A stretch of DNA of 64,000 nt from Alphaproteobacteria bacterium (GTDB taxonomy: Bacteria; Pseudomonadota; Alphaproteobacteria; UBA7887). The stretch spans positions 2,944,001-3,008,000 of the forward strand of contig CBDCGL010000011.1 of assembly GCA_965216755.1 (NCBI GenBank). The letters run 5' to 3'. The translations under genes and the position numbers were made by a program. Positions 1 to 10,367 of the stretch are shown here, piece by piece. The notes below the pieces were generated by a model, which was given only the letters and a program-made list of their open reading frames with translations, made no database searches and was not told the origin of the DNA. Within the stretch, counting starts at the first letter, position 1; each line of letters begins with the position of its first letter.

Positions 1-10
1 CGCCCTTGTT

Positions 11-1414
11 TTGCCCGCACTCGCGGCATTGCCATTGCTCTTGGTTGGATGTGCTGACGGCCCGCGACCCGCAAACAACCGTGCCTCAGTTGCAGCGCCC
101 GAGCGGAGCGAACAGCCGGCAATTTGGTTTCGCATACGTCAAGAAGTCACAACCCATTACCGGGAGACCATCAGCGAATCTGCCGAAACCACAGTCGAAC
201 GCGAAGAAGCCGAATATGTCGTGACAATAACCCCCGACATGATTTCATTGCGACGGGACCGAGGCGAAGTCATTTACGATTTCTTGGAGAATCAGATGGT
301 CTCCATAGATCACGAAAAATATGAATACGATGAAGTCTCCTTGTATTCTGTTTTGGCATTTAATGACTATGAAAAAGTGTCAAGAGATCGCGGATATAGT
401 GCTTTCATAAACCAAGATAGATCCGAAGAATTGCTTGGAACGCGACAGTTTGATTTGGAATCTCTATTTGGCGGCGATGTTAACGGCGAAGTTGGAAACG
501 AAATAACGCGCGTGTTGGGTGAAAATTCGACAACCCTCTATTATGATGGCGAAGAAGTAACAAGGTTTAATTTGTCGGAACTCAAATTAGAAGAGCCACA
601 TATAAATACATATCGAAAGTATCTCCTGTATGTGCACAGTCTGCATCCGGCAATCGTCGAACGGCTGATCGAAGGAGGTAGACTTTTTAACAACCTTTCA
701 TACCGGACTTACCAAATCTCGCCATACCTGGTTGAGCGGAAGTTGGTCATGGTTGACCACGGTCGGCATAAACGAAAAAGTTCGTACCTGTCGGATGCTT
801 ACGCACCAAAGACGAATGCTGAAAATAGGTTGGATCGCATAATCCAACAGTCTCGCATGAAACAGCCGACTGGGCTCGACATCCAAATGTCTGAACTGCA
901 GCGTTTGCGCGAAGCAGGACAATACATGGATGCCAACGCCATTCTTCACAAGATTTGGCTTCAGCACGGTTTGCCGAAAGCGGGGAGGTGGCGGCACGAA
1001 ATGCAGCGTTTGTTTGATGAATCGCCTCGGGATGTGAGGCTACTAAACGCCGCAATTACGAGCCCACCGGAATCGGAAGATGGTTTGCGCCCGGCAATCG
1101 CTATCATCGATGCCGCAAGGTCAAGACTTGGCGAACGGGGTTACGTTCTGAATGTCTATATGGCCAACTACCATTTAGCGTTGAATGAAGCCAGAATAGC
1201 CGAAGATCTGATGCTCGAGGCGCTGGAGCAGAATCCATTCTTGGTCAGCGTCTACAACGACCTGGGTCAGGTTTATTTTCGCGCCTTCCAAATGCCGTCG
1301 GCGTGGGTCTGCTGGGATCGCATGCGCGAGATTGGTCCGAATCATGAGCAAGTTGCTGCGGTCAACGACTTGGAGCGACAAATCCGCCAGGCCCACCCGA
1401 GCTATTTCAACTGA
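11..1414 (+). CDS. Hypothetical lipoprotein with C-terminal TPR-like repeats (possibly 5'-truncated at the window edge)
   Basis: 467-aa ORF. Hydrophobic stretch ending in a lipobox (LLLVGC). The C-terminus is TPR-like (EALEQNPFLVSVYNDLGQVYF...W). The frame is open back to position 2. Confidence 0.7.
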   Translation: MPALAALPLLLVGCADGPRPANNRASVAAPERSEQPAIWFRIRQEVTTHYRETISESAETTVEREEAEYVVTITPDMISLRRDRGEVIYDFLENQMVSIDHEKYEYDEVSLYSVLAFNDYEKVSRDRGYSAFINQDRSEELLGTRQFDLESLFGGDVNGEVGNEITRVLGENSTTLYYDGEEVTRFNLSELKLEEPHINTYRKYLLYVHSLHPAIVERLIEGGRLFNNLSYRTYQISPYLVERKLVMVDHGRHKRKSSYLSDAYAPKTNAENRLDRIIQQSRMKQPTGLDIQMSELQRLREAGQYMDANAILHKIWLQHGLPKAGRWRHEMQRLFDESPRDVRLLNAAITSPPESEDGLRPAIAIIDAARSRLGERGYVLNVYMANYHLALNEARIAEDLMLEALEQNPFLVSVYNDLGQVYFRAFQMPSAWVCWDRMREIGPNHEQVAAVNDLERQIRQAHPSYFN

Positions 1415-1423
1415 TCGCCGCGC

Positions 1424-2335
1424 CTAAACCCGCCGCGATTCCAGGCGCGCGAGGGTCATGGTGCTGGCGATGATCACCGCAGCGCCGAGCAGGCTCCACC
1501 AGCCCGGCACTTCGCCAAACAGAAAGAAACCGAAAGCACCGGCAAAAATCAGCCTGGTGTAGTCGAACGGCGCCATCGCAGCGGCGTCGGCCATCGCCAG
1601 GCTGCGAATGGTGAAGGTTTGCGCCAGCACGCCGAGCACGCCGATCGTGCACAACAACGACAGTTCGGTCGGGGTCGGCGACCGCCACACCAGAAACGCG
1701 GGGATCGCGGCCAATATGGTCGAAAAGATGCCGAAATAGACCAGGATCGTGAGCGCGCCTTCGGTACGCGCCAAACGTTTGATGGTGATCTGGGTCAAGG
1801 CCATGAACAGGGCACCCAGCACCGCGATTGCGCCGGCCAGCTCCAGCCCGCCGGTCCCCGGGCGCGCCATGATCAGCACGCCGCCAAAGCCGACCAGGGT
1901 CGCCACGATCCGCGACCTGGTCGCGGCCTCGCCCAGCAAGACCACCGCCAAAAGAATCACAAACAGCGGCTTGGTAAAGCTGATCGCGACCGCGGCCGCC
2001 AAGGGCATGTGGCTGATGGCGTAAAAGGCGCACGCCATGGCGCCGACGCCGAGCCCGGCGCGCAGCACCAGCAAGCCCGGTTGGCGGGTACGCAAGACCG
2101 CGCCCCGACCGCGGACCACAAACGGCAACACGATGAGCAACCCAAACAGACAACGGAAAAAAGCGATTTGAAAACTGTCCAGTCGGCCGCCGAGCGATTT
2201 GACCACCGCCCCCATGCAGGAAAAGGTCACGGTCGCCAGCAGCATCCACAAGGCCCCGTGCACATTTGCCGACAGCCGCGCGACGGGCGCGACGGGCGCC
2301 GTGTCAGCCGAAGCTGCGTCGGCGGGGACGGTCAT
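1424..2335 (-). CDS. DMT/EamA family transporter
   Basis: About 10 hydrophobic helices in two EamA repeats (GALWMLLA...FFRCLFG; APFDYTRLIFA...FGEVP). Confidence 0.9.
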   Translation of the reverse strand: MTVPADAASADTAPVAPVARLSANVHGALWMLLATVTFSCMGAVVKSLGGRLDSFQIAFFRCLFGLLIVLPFVVRGRGAVLRTRQPGLLVLRAGLGVGAMACAFYAISHMPLAAAVAISFTKPLFVILLAVVLLGEAATRSRIVATLVGFGGVLIMARPGTGGLELAGAIAVLGALFMALTQITIKRLARTEGALTILVYFGIFSTILAAIPAFLVWRSPTPTELSLLCTIGVLGVLAQTFTIRSLAMADAAAMAPFDYTRLIFAGAFGFFLFGEVPGWWSLLGAAVIIASTMTLARLESRRV

Positions 2336-3255
2336 TGCGGCGGCGCCGGCGGTGTTTGCGCGCGGCGCAAGGCCGCCTCGCGATGGGCGATATAGACCGA
2401 GCTGGCCACGATCACCGCGGCACCGATCCAGGTCCAGCGGTCGGGCACTTCGGCAAAGGCGAAATAGCCGATCAACGCGGCGAACGGCAGGCGCGTGAAA
2501 TCAAGCGGCAATACAGCGGTGATGTCGGCGACGGCGAAGCTGCGCACCACCGCCTGATGCCCCAGGGTCGCCACCAGGCCCAGACCGATCAGCCACAAGA
2601 ACTCGATCGCGCTGGGCGTGGTCCAGACAAAGACTGCCGGCACCAAGGCGATCGGGGTCAACAGGAACGCCAGCCAAAACACGATCGCGTTGGGATGCTC
2701 TGACCCGGCCAAGGTCTTGACGATGGTTTGGCTGACCGCCATCAACAGCGCCGCCGCCAGCACCATGATCGTGCCCGAGGTGAGCTCGACAAGACCAGGC
2801 CGCAAAATGATCATCGCGCCGAAAAAGCCGAGCGCCGTCGCCGTCCAACGGCGCGCCCGCATCACCTCGCCCAGCAACAACACCGCGGCGATCGAGGCGA
2901 ACAGCGGGGTGGTAAAGCTCAACGCCGTCGCTTCGGCCAGCGGCATCACACTGATGCCCGTGAACCACGCCATCATGGCGACCGCCGCGATCGCGGCACG
3001 CAGCACGTGAAGCCCGCGCCGCGCGGTGCGCAGCGACCCCAAGCCGCCCCGCATCAGCCACGGCGTCATCGCGATCATGCCGAACAAACAGCGGAAAAAC
3101 ACGATCAACAAAGGATCCAAACTCGCCGACAAGTGGCGCACGATGCCGTTCATCACCGAAAAGCACGCGCACGCCAGCAGCATCCACAGCGCACCGCGAA
3201 CCATCACGGGCGTCTCGTTGAGCCGCGCCATCACTGCCAGCTTCTCCGGGAACAT
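2332..3255 (-). CDS. DMT/EamA family transporter (tandem paralog)
   Basis: Same motifs as the neighbour (GALWMLLA, FFRCLFG, PLDFTRLPFA...FAEVP). Stop overlaps the next start by 4 bp. Start may be 3255 or 3231. Confidence 0.9.
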   Translation of the reverse strand: MFPEKLAVMARLNETPVMVRGALWMLLACACFSVMNGIVRHLSASLDPLLIVFFRCLFGMIAMTPWLMRGGLGSLRTARRGLHVLRAAIAAVAMMAWFTGISVMPLAEATALSFTTPLFASIAAVLLLGEVMRARRWTATALGFFGAMIILRPGLVELTSGTIMVLAAALLMAVSQTIVKTLAGSEHPNAIVFWLAFLLTPIALVPAVFVWTTPSAIEFLWLIGLGLVATLGHQAVVRSFAVADITAVLPLDFTRLPFAALIGYFAFAEVPDRWTWIGAAVIVASSVYIAHREAALRRAQTPPAPPQ

Positions 3256-3426
3256 GGTCGCTAACCTAGGCGGTCCACGTCCCGCGCACCAGCACCGCTT
3301 TCGTCGCGCCGTCATGCCGGGCGACGCGATAACCGGCGCCAGGCCGGTCGCTGTTTACAAGTGCTTAAGTGCTGTGTGCCAGGGTGCGATCTGTGCAACG
3401 CGGACCCAGAAAAGGAGAATCGGCTC

Positions 3427-3732
3427 GTGACCGATACCGCAACCGCGACGGACGCCAACGAATATGGCGAAATGGAACGTCAAACGCTGGACGCCTTCAC
3501 CCGTTGGCATGCCTTCCATGAATCCCTGATCGATATGGGCGGATTTGCCAATTGGTTGTCTGGTGGCGAACACTCCATCGATCTGGTGACCTTTTTCGCC
3601 CTCGACAGCGAGAATACAGCCAGTTACAAGCAAGCACTCAGTGATCAAGCGGCCTTCCTGGACGGGCTCAAGCAGATGCTTGACGCAACCCGGGAAACGC
3701 TTGAAGGCTTCGAGGCCCAAAAGCAAAGCTAG
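3427..3732 (+). CDS. Small acidic hypothetical protein
   Basis: GTG start preceded by AAGGAG. Co-oriented with scoAB. No recognisable motif. Confidence 0.6.
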   Translation: MTDTATATDANEYGEMERQTLDAFTRWHAFHESLIDMGGFANWLSGGEHSIDLVTFFALDSENTASYKQALSDQAAFLDGLKQMLDATRETLEGFEAQKQS

Positions 3733-3776
3733 CGGCGTCGGCGACCACGGCCGATATTGCCGTGGTATGAGCGCCG

Positions 3777-4472
3777 ATGAACAAAGTCTACCCTGACGCC
3801 GCTGCCGCACTCGACGGACTGCTTCACGACGGCATGACCATCATGGCCGGCGGGTTTGGCCTGTGCGGTATTCCTGAGAACCTGATTTTGGCCCTGCGTG
3901 CCGCCGGCATAGGCAATCTCACTGTTATCAGCAACAATTGCGGGGTCGATGATTTCGGCCTTGGTCTGCTGCTGCAAACTCGCCAAATCAACAAGATGGT
4001 GTCGTCCTATGTGGGCGAGAACAAACTGTTTGAGCAGCAATATCTCGACGGCGATTTAGAGCTCGAGTTCAATCCACAAGGCACGCTGGCCGAGCGCATT
4101 CGCGCTGGCGGCGCCGGTATCGCGGCGTTCTTTACCCCCACAGGCGTTGGCACGATTGTTTCCGACGGCAAGGAAACTCGCGATTTCGGCGGTCGTACCT
4201 ATGTCATGGAGCGCGGCTTGACCGCCGATCTGGCCATCGTCAAGGCGTGGCGCGGCGATCGGCTGGGCAATCTGGTCTATCGTAAGACCGCGCGCAATTT
4301 TAACGCGCCCATGGCAACCGCCGGGCGCGTGACCGTGGCCGAAGTCGAAGAACTGGTCGACGTCGGCAGCCTGGACCCGGATCACATCCACACACCCGGG
4401 ATCTTTGTGCAGCGGGTTATCGCCGGTGCGACCTTTGAAAAACGCATTGAGCGACGTACGGTCAGAACATAA
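3777..4472 (+). CDS. scoA: 3-oxoacid CoA-transferase subunit A
   Basis: Motifs GGFGLCGIPENLI, SSYVGEN, PQGTLAERIRAGGAGI and YRKTARNFN. Confidence 0.95.
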   Translation: MNKVYPDAAAALDGLLHDGMTIMAGGFGLCGIPENLILALRAAGIGNLTVISNNCGVDDFGLGLLLQTRQINKMVSSYVGENKLFEQQYLDGDLELEFNPQGTLAERIRAGGAGIAAFFTPTGVGTIVSDGKETRDFGGRTYVMERGLTADLAIVKAWRGDRLGNLVYRKTARNFNAPMATAGRVTVAEVEELVDVGSLDPDHIHTPGIFVQRVIAGATFEKRIERRTVRT

Positions 4473-4483
4473 CGGAGGCGCCC

Positions 4484-5113
4484 ATGCCCTGGAGCCGAGA
4501 CGATATTTGCCGGCGCGCCGCCGCCGAATTGCATGACGGGTTTTACGTCAATTTGGGCATCGGATTGCCCACCGCGGTAGCCAATTTCGTACCCGACGAC
4601 GTTCATGTCACCTTGCAGAGCGAAAATGGCATGCTCGGCATGGGACCTTTTCCGATGGAAAACGAGGTCGATGCGGATCTGATCAACGCCGGCAAACAGA
4701 CCGTGTCTGAACTGCCCGAGTCGGTTTATTTTGATAGCGCCGAATCGTTTGCCATGATCCGTGGCGGGCATATCGATCTGTCGATCCTCGGCGCCCTGCA
4801 AGTGGCGGAGAATGGCGATCTCGCCAACTGGATGATCCCCGGCAAAATGGTCAAGGGCATGGGCGGCGCCATGGACCTGGTCGCGGGCGTCAAGCGCGTG
4901 GTCGTGCTGATGGATCACAACGCCAAGGACGGCTCGGCCAAGCTCGTGAAAAGCTGCAGTCTGCCGCTGACCGGCGCCGGTGTTGTGGACTTGGTGATTA
5001 CCGATCTGGGCGTGTTTGATTTTACCCCAGACGGCGTGCGCGTCGTCGAGCTGGCGGATAGCGTCACGATCGACGACATTCGCGAACGCAGCGAAGCGGC
5101 GATCGTGCAATAG
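4484..5113 (+). CDS. scoB: 3-oxoacid CoA-transferase subunit B
   Basis: Motifs VNLGIGLPT, catalytic QSENG, DLINAGKQTV and GMGGAMDLV. GGAGG ribosome-binding site. Confidence 0.95.
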   Translation: MPWSRDDICRRAAAELHDGFYVNLGIGLPTAVANFVPDDVHVTLQSENGMLGMGPFPMENEVDADLINAGKQTVSELPESVYFDSAESFAMIRGGHIDLSILGALQVAENGDLANWMIPGKMVKGMGGAMDLVAGVKRVVVLMDHNAKDGSAKLVKSCSLPLTGAGVVDLVITDLGVFDFTPDGVRVVELADSVTIDDIRERSEAAIVQ

Positions 5114-5131
5114 CCGCGGTCGACGCGGCCG

Positions 5132-5650
5132 ATGGGCCCCGAACATTTTCGAACCTTCGCGCGCTACAACGCCTGGGCCAATCGGCGCTTGTATGACGCC
5201 TGCGCGCAATTGTCCGACGCCGATTACACGCGGCCGCGACCGGCCTTTTTTGGCAGCCTACACGGCACACTGAACCACCTTCTGGTCGGCGACCGCGCCT
5301 GGCTTGGGCGGTTGACGGCGACCGACCCCGGAATCATGTCGCTGGATCAAGAGCTCCATGCTGATTTCGCCAGCCTGCGCGCCGCGCGCGAACAGGAAGA
5401 TCGGCGCATCCAGGCATTTGTTGACGCCTTGACCGGCGACGATCTGATCCGGCCCGTGCACTACCGCACCATGACGATGGGTGGCCAAGACCACAACGAC
5501 ACCGTCGCCACCATTCTGACCCATTTGTTCAACCACCAAACCCATCATCGTGGCCAAGCCCATGGTCTTCTCAGCCATGCCGGCGTCGCGCCGCCGCCGC
5601 TGGACCTGATCTATTTCTTGCGCCAGACCAAACCCACCGCTCAGACGTAG
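5132..5650 (+). CDS. DinB family protein
   Basis: Motifs YNAWAN, SLHGTLNH and HLFNHQTHHRGQ (DinB metal-binding His residues). Confidence 0.92.
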   Translation: MGPEHFRTFARYNAWANRRLYDACAQLSDADYTRPRPAFFGSLHGTLNHLLVGDRAWLGRLTATDPGIMSLDQELHADFASLRAAREQEDRRIQAFVDALTGDDLIRPVHYRTMTMGGQDHNDTVATILTHLFNHQTHHRGQAHGLLSHAGVAPPPLDLIYFLRQTKPTAQT

Positions 5651-6885
5651 CGGATGAACATGCTGTTGATGGCGTTGAAGGCGGCAAACAGAAGGTCAAA
5701 ATCGCGCTTGAACGCCGACCACGTCATGCCTCCACGCGCGGCGTCGAGGGCGACCTGGATGTCGGCCAGGGTGCGCGCGCCATCGATCCGCGCCAGAATC
5801 GCCGGCCCCGATCGCGGCAGCGGATAGGTTACCCGCAATCCGTCCAAATCGGCGCTCAGCGGCGCGCCGGGCTTGAGCCCGCGCGCCAGTGCCGGGCCAT
5901 CGCCGTCGCGTAGCACGGGGATCGCGTCAGCTTGATCCGGTTCAGCGACACGGCCGGCCACGGACCCTTTGACCAAATAGACGACATGACGCTTGATCGA
6001 TCCGCTGAACAATTCGGCGGCGGCACAGGCGTCGGGCCAAGGCAATGCGCCAAATTCTGTCACCAGTTTCGGATCGCGGACATAGGTGCGCGGATCATAG
6101 CGGCAGGGTTCGACAAGGACCGTAACCGCCAGTCCGGCGTGGGCGACCAATTCAAACAATTCCGGCACCAGATAGGCGCGGTCGCGGGCGTGTAACAACA
6201 AGTCATAGAGGCCGGCATCGTCGCCATGCAGATGGTCCGCGACATAGGGGTTTCGGGCCAGCCAGTTACTTGCCGGCATGGCGCGCAACAGGCGCCGCAC
6301 CAGGGCCAGTCGTTTGCTGTCGGCGGCGCCTGGGCTGAGCAAATGCACCAGCGCCTGCATGGGATAAACGCCGGTGCGGCCGAGCGCGCCATAGACCATG
6401 ACCCCCATGCCGCCGTCCGGGGCGAGGGCGTCGGCCAGAGTGGCCAGGCCATCGGCGGGATCGCCGAGATGGTGAAGCACGCCACAGCAGTCGATATAGT
6501 CGAACTGGCCATGGCGCGGCGCATCCAGCAAGCTGCCTTCGATAAACCGTATATTGGTGAGCCGGCGAGTTTTGGCGCGCGCTTCGGCAATGGTTTTGGC
6601 GGCCCGCGACAAGTCGAGATAGACTACCTCCGCATCGGCGTCGCACCAGGCCAGTTGTTGAGCCAGCATGATCGCGGCATCGCCTGTGCCGCCGCCCGCG
6701 ATCAACGCCCGAAAAGGTTGTTTGAAATCGCGGCGGCCGCCGAAAACGTAGTGATTGAGTTCGTCCAGATGACTGGGTGAACCGGTAATCAGGCGTTTGG
6801 CTTCGTCGGCCGGATCGCGCGCCGGATAGGGAAATGCCTCATACTGTGCATGCACACGGTTATCGTCGGCCGCCCGATCCGCCAT
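5641..6885 (-). CDS. Class I SAM-dependent methyltransferase
   Basis: QYEAFPYP, glycine motif LIAGGGTGD, and FDYIDCCGVLHHL. Start trimmed to MADRAADD because the longer ORF overlaps the upstream gene. Confidence 0.85.
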   Translation of the reverse strand: MADRAADDNRVHAQYEAFPYPARDPADEAKRLITGSPSHLDELNHYVFGGRRDFKQPFRALIAGGGTGDAAIMLAQQLAWCDADAEVVYLDLSRAAKTIAEARAKTRRLTNIRFIEGSLLDAPRHGQFDYIDCCGVLHHLGDPADGLATLADALAPDGGMGVMVYGALGRTGVYPMQALVHLLSPGAADSKRLALVRRLLRAMPASNWLARNPYVADHLHGDDAGLYDLLLHARDRAYLVPELFELVAHAGLAVTVLVEPCRYDPRTYVRDPKLVTEFGALPWPDACAAAELFSGSIKRHVVYLVKGSVAGRVAEPDQADAIPVLRDGDGPALARGLKPGAPLSADLDGLRVTYPLPRSGPAILARIDGARTLADIQVALDAARGGMTWSAFKRDFDLLFAAFNAINSMFIRYV

Positions 6886-6904
6886 GGTTGAAACGCGCGA
6901 TGAC

Positions 6905-7882
6905 CTAGCCGCGGCCCATGTCGAGGACGACCTTGCCGGTCGAGCGCCGATCGCGCAGCATCCATAACGCCTCGCGCGCTTTGTCCATCGGCAGCAGATG
7001 GGAAATATGTGGCTTGAGACGCCCTTCGGCGTACCAACCCAGCATGGTGTCGAGCGAACGCATGACAACGTCTGGATCGCGCTCCATATAGGCGCCCCAG
7101 AAAAAGCCAACCGCGGCACAGTTCTTGAGCAGCAAATAGTTGGCTGGAATCTGCGGGATCGTGCCGCTGGCGAATCCAATCACGATCAGCCGCCCTTCCC
7201 AATTGATGGCGCGGAGACTTTCCTTGAGCAGGTCACCGCCGACCGGGTCATAGACCACGTCGGCGCCACCGGTCAGTTCCAGAACCCGATCGCGCAGACT
7301 TTCCTTGGTATAGTCGATCAGATGATCGGCGCCGGCGGCTTTGGCGACAGCGAGTTTTTCAGCCGACGACGCGGTGGCGATGACGGTCGCGCCCATTTGT
7401 TTGCCGATTTCGACCGCGGTCAGACCAACCCCGCCGGATGCCCCCAGCACAAGCAGCGTTTCGCCGGCCTGTAAGCGCGCGCGATGGTCCAAGGCACCAT
7501 GAGACGTGCCATATGCCACCGGAAAGGCAGCGGCGTCGGCGAAACTCATCGAATCGGGAATCGGCACAACGCGTTTTGCATCGCACACGGCCTCCTCCGC
7601 ATAGCCGCCGATTGATGTCATGGCCAACACCCGCGTGCCCGGTGCCGGCGCAGTGACACCCTCGCCGCATTCGACGACCACACCCGATGCTTCCATGCCG
7701 GGAATGAATGGCAATTCGGGTCGCGCTTGATATTTCCCCTCGATGATCAGGGTATCGGCGAAATTGATGCCGCAGGCGTGCACTTCCAGGCGCACTTGAC
7801 CGGGGCCGACAACTGGCGCCGGCACATTTTCAACGACAAGGCCATCGGCCCCACGCAATTCCTTGCAAAGCACTGCGCGCAC
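6905..7882 (-). CDS. NADPH:quinone oxidoreductase (zeta-crystallin-like MDR)
   Basis: Motifs CGINFAD, PFIPGMEASG, GASGGVG, VYDPVGG and terminal GKVVL. Confidence 0.92.
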   Translation of the reverse strand: MRAVLCKELRGADGLVVENVPAPVVGPGQVRLEVHACGINFADTLIIEGKYQARPELPFIPGMEASGVVVECGEGVTAPAPGTRVLAMTSIGGYAEEAVCDAKRVVPIPDSMSFADAAAFPVAYGTSHGALDHRARLQAGETLLVLGASGGVGLTAVEIGKQMGATVIATASSAEKLAVAKAAGADHLIDYTKESLRDRVLELTGGADVVYDPVGGDLLKESLRAINWEGRLIVIGFASGTIPQIPANYLLLKNCAAVGFFWGAYMERDPDVVMRSLDTMLGWYAEGRLKPHISHLLPMDKAREALWMLRDRRSTGKVVLDMGRG

Positions 7883-7980
7883 GGCTTTATATCTCCTGCT
7901 GCGATGGTGACGGCCGCTATATTAGAGGCGCGCGCGTGATCCCGCCATGGCAACGGAGGCGGCGGCGGCATGCACACGTG

Positions 7981-8043
7981 GCATGTGCCGAACGAGAGGG
8001 TGCATGTGCCGAACAAGAGGATGAACGTGACGGACAATATGCG
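7981..8043. repeat. 21-bp tandem repeat (two near-identical units plus one degenerate unit)
   Basis: GCATGTGCCGAACGAGAGGGT / GCATGTGCCGAACAAGAGGAT / GAACGTGACGGACAATATGCG. Confidence 0.7.
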
Positions 8044-8602
8044 CGGTTATTTCGCACTGGGCGTCGAGGGTATTTCCAAGCCCATGAACCTGGGCAATGT
8101 CCTGCGTTCCGCTCACGCGTTCGGCGCCAGTTGGGTGTTCACGGTGCGCGCGGATTTTTCGCGTCATCGGGCCAAATCCGACACCACCCTGGTCGCAGAG
8201 AGCGTGCCCTATTACCGCTATGACGCGCCCGAACAGGTTGAATTGCCGCAAGGCTGCGAGCTGATCGGTGTGGAATTGACCGACGCGGCCGTCGATCTGC
8301 CAAGCTTTCGTCACCCGCGCTGCGCCGCCTATGTGCTGGGACCCGAACGCGGTACCTTAAGTGCGGCGATGATCGCGCGTTGCGATCATGTCGTGAAGAT
8401 TCCGACGCGATTTTGTATCAATGTCGGCGTTGCCGGCGCGATTGTCATGTACGACCGCATGATCACGATCGGTCGCTTTGCCGAACGTCCGGTCTCGACT
8501 CGCGGCAAGGCCGTCCCCATGTCACCGCATGTGTTTGGTGCGCCGTTGGTCCGCGATCGCGACCACGGCCGCTACAAACGAAAACCAGAGCAAAAATCCT
8601 GA
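8039..8602 (+). CDS. SpoU/TrmH family RNA methyltransferase
   Basis: Motifs NLGNVLRSAHAFG, VLGPERG and KIPTRFCINV (SPOUT knot). Start may lie upstream inside the tandem repeat. Confidence 0.9.
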   Translation: MRGYFALGVEGISKPMNLGNVLRSAHAFGASWVFTVRADFSRHRAKSDTTLVAESVPYYRYDAPEQVELPQGCELIGVELTDAAVDLPSFRHPRCAAYVLGPERGTLSAAMIARCDHVVKIPTRFCINVGVAGAIVMYDRMITIGRFAERPVSTRGKAVPMSPHVFGAPLVRDRDHGRYKRKPEQKS

Positions 8603-8629
8603 GCCACGAAACGATTGTTGACGTCGAAA

Positions 8630-9190
8630 ATGAAAGAAACGAAACGCCTCGTCTCAACGGCCAAATCGCGACGGCATGTCGCTGCCGCTTTTTTCAGTCT
8701 CGCCCTGGGGGTCGCCCATGTTCACATGGCATCAAACGCACATGCTGAGGACAAAGTGATCGGCATCGAGCGTGATTGGGCGGCCGTCACATTTGAGGAA
8801 AATGGACAATTGGTATGCTACATCGTCAGCCGGCCAACAAAAAGCGCGGGAGAATATACCAAACGCGGCCCCGTCTACGTGCAGGTGACGCGTCGCGCCG
8901 GCGAACCAAACGATGTGGTGAGTTTTCAAGCCGGGTATGCATTCAATCGGTCGGAAACCATCAGCGCCAAAGTCGACGGCAAGGCGTTTGAACTCTATAC
9001 CGATGGGCGCACGCCTGAAACCGCTTGGGCGATCGGCGACGAAGGCGATCGGGCCCTGGTCGGCGCCATGCGCGACGGCGGCAAGCTGGTGATCATCGGT
9101 GTTTCGTCGCGCGGCACCGCAACCACCGACACCTATTCCCTGCTCGGTTTCACCAAGGCCCACGCCATGATTCGCGAGGCGTGCCAATAG
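8630..9190 (+). CDS. Invasion-associated locus B (IalB) family periplasmic protein
   Basis: Signal peptide, DW...CYIVSRP and [18 protein letters not shown]. Conserved position upstream of rlmN in Alphaproteobacteria. Confidence 0.8.
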   Translation: MKETKRLVSTAKSRRHVAAAFFSLALGVAHVHMASNAHAEDKVIGIERDWAAVTFEENGQLVCYIVSRPTKSAGEYTKRGPVYVQVTRRAGEPNDVVSFQAGYAFNRSETISAKVDGKAFELYTDGRTPETAWAIGDEGDRALVGAMRDGGKLVIIGVSSRGTATTDTYSLLGFTKAHAMIREACQ

Positions 9191-9191
9191 C

Positions 9192-10343
9192 ATGCCCGGC
9201 GATGTCGCCCAGGTTGTCGATTTGGCAGTGGCCCCACCGCTGCCGACCGACGCGTGCCGACCGCTGATCGGCTTGGAGCGCGCAGCCCTGGGCGACGCGC
9301 TCGGCGCCTTAGAGGCGCCCGCCTTTCGCGCCAAGCAGGTTTGGCATTGGCTTTACTATCGCGGCGTACGCGATTTCGACGCCATGGCCACCTTGCCCAA
9401 GCAGATGCGCCAAGCCCTGGCCGCGCGCTATTCCATTGCCCGGCCCGAGGTCAGCCGCCTGCAAATTTCGGCTGATGGCACCCGCAAATGGCTATTGCGG
9501 TTCGCTGACGGACACGAAGCGGAAACCGTCCATATTCCAGAAGACGATCGCGGCGCGCTGTGCATATCGTCGCAGGTGGGCTGCACGCTCACCTGCCGCT
9601 TTTGCCATACCGGTACGCAAAAACTGGTGCGCAATCTGACGGCCGAAGAGATTGTCGCGCAATTGCTGGTCGCCCGTGACACATTGGGGGAATGGCCGTC
9701 GCCGGCGCAGGGTCGCATGATCTCGAACGTCGTGCTGATGGGCATGGGTGAACCCTTGTACAATTTCGACAACGTCGCACGGGCGGTGCGGATTTTCATG
9801 GACGGCGAGGGCATCTCCCTGTCCAAGCGGCGGATCACATTGTCAACGTCCGGCGTGGTACCGATGATCGAACGGTGCGGCCAAGAACTCGGTGTCAATT
9901 TGGCGGTGTCCTTGCACGCGGTCAGCGACGACGTGCGCGACATTTTGGTGCCGATAAATCGCAAATATCCGATCGCCGCGTTGCTGAACGCATGCCGGGC
10001 TTATCCGACCGGCAGCAATGCGCGGCGCATCACATTTGAATATGTCATGTTGGCCGGCGTGAACGACTCAAATGCCGACGCGCGCGCGCTGACGCGATTG
10101 TTGAAAGGCATTCCCGCCAAGGTCAATTTAATCCCCTTCAATCCGTGGCCGGGCGCGCCCTATACATGCTCCAGCAACAACCGGATTCATGCCTTTGCCA
10201 AGATTGTCAACGATGCCGGCTATTCAGCGCCGGTGCGCGTGCCACGCGGCCGCGATATTCTGGCCGCGTGTGGTCAGCTTAAATCCGCCAGCGAACGGGC
10301 CCGTCGGGCGCGCACCGGTTTGGACGCCGGCGCCGCCGTCTGA
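9192..10343 (+). CDS. rlmN: Dual-specificity RNA methyltransferase RlmN (radical SAM)
   Basis: Motifs [34 protein letters not shown] and [12 protein letters not shown]. Confidence 0.97.
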   Translation: MPGDVAQVVDLAVAPPLPTDACRPLIGLERAALGDALGALEAPAFRAKQVWHWLYYRGVRDFDAMATLPKQMRQALAARYSIARPEVSRLQISADGTRKWLLRFADGHEAETVHIPEDDRGALCISSQVGCTLTCRFCHTGTQKLVRNLTAEEIVAQLLVARDTLGEWPSPAQGRMISNVVLMGMGEPLYNFDNVARAVRIFMDGEGISLSKRRITLSTSGVVPMIERCGQELGVNLAVSLHAVSDDVRDILVPINRKYPIAALLNACRAYPTGSNARRITFEYVMLAGVNDSNADARALTRLLKGIPAKVNLIPFNPWPGAPYTCSSNNRIHAFAKIVNDAGYSAPVRVPRGRDILAACGQLKSASERARRARTGLDAGAAV

Positions 10344-10367
10344 ATGTATTGAGACTTGGGAGACCAC

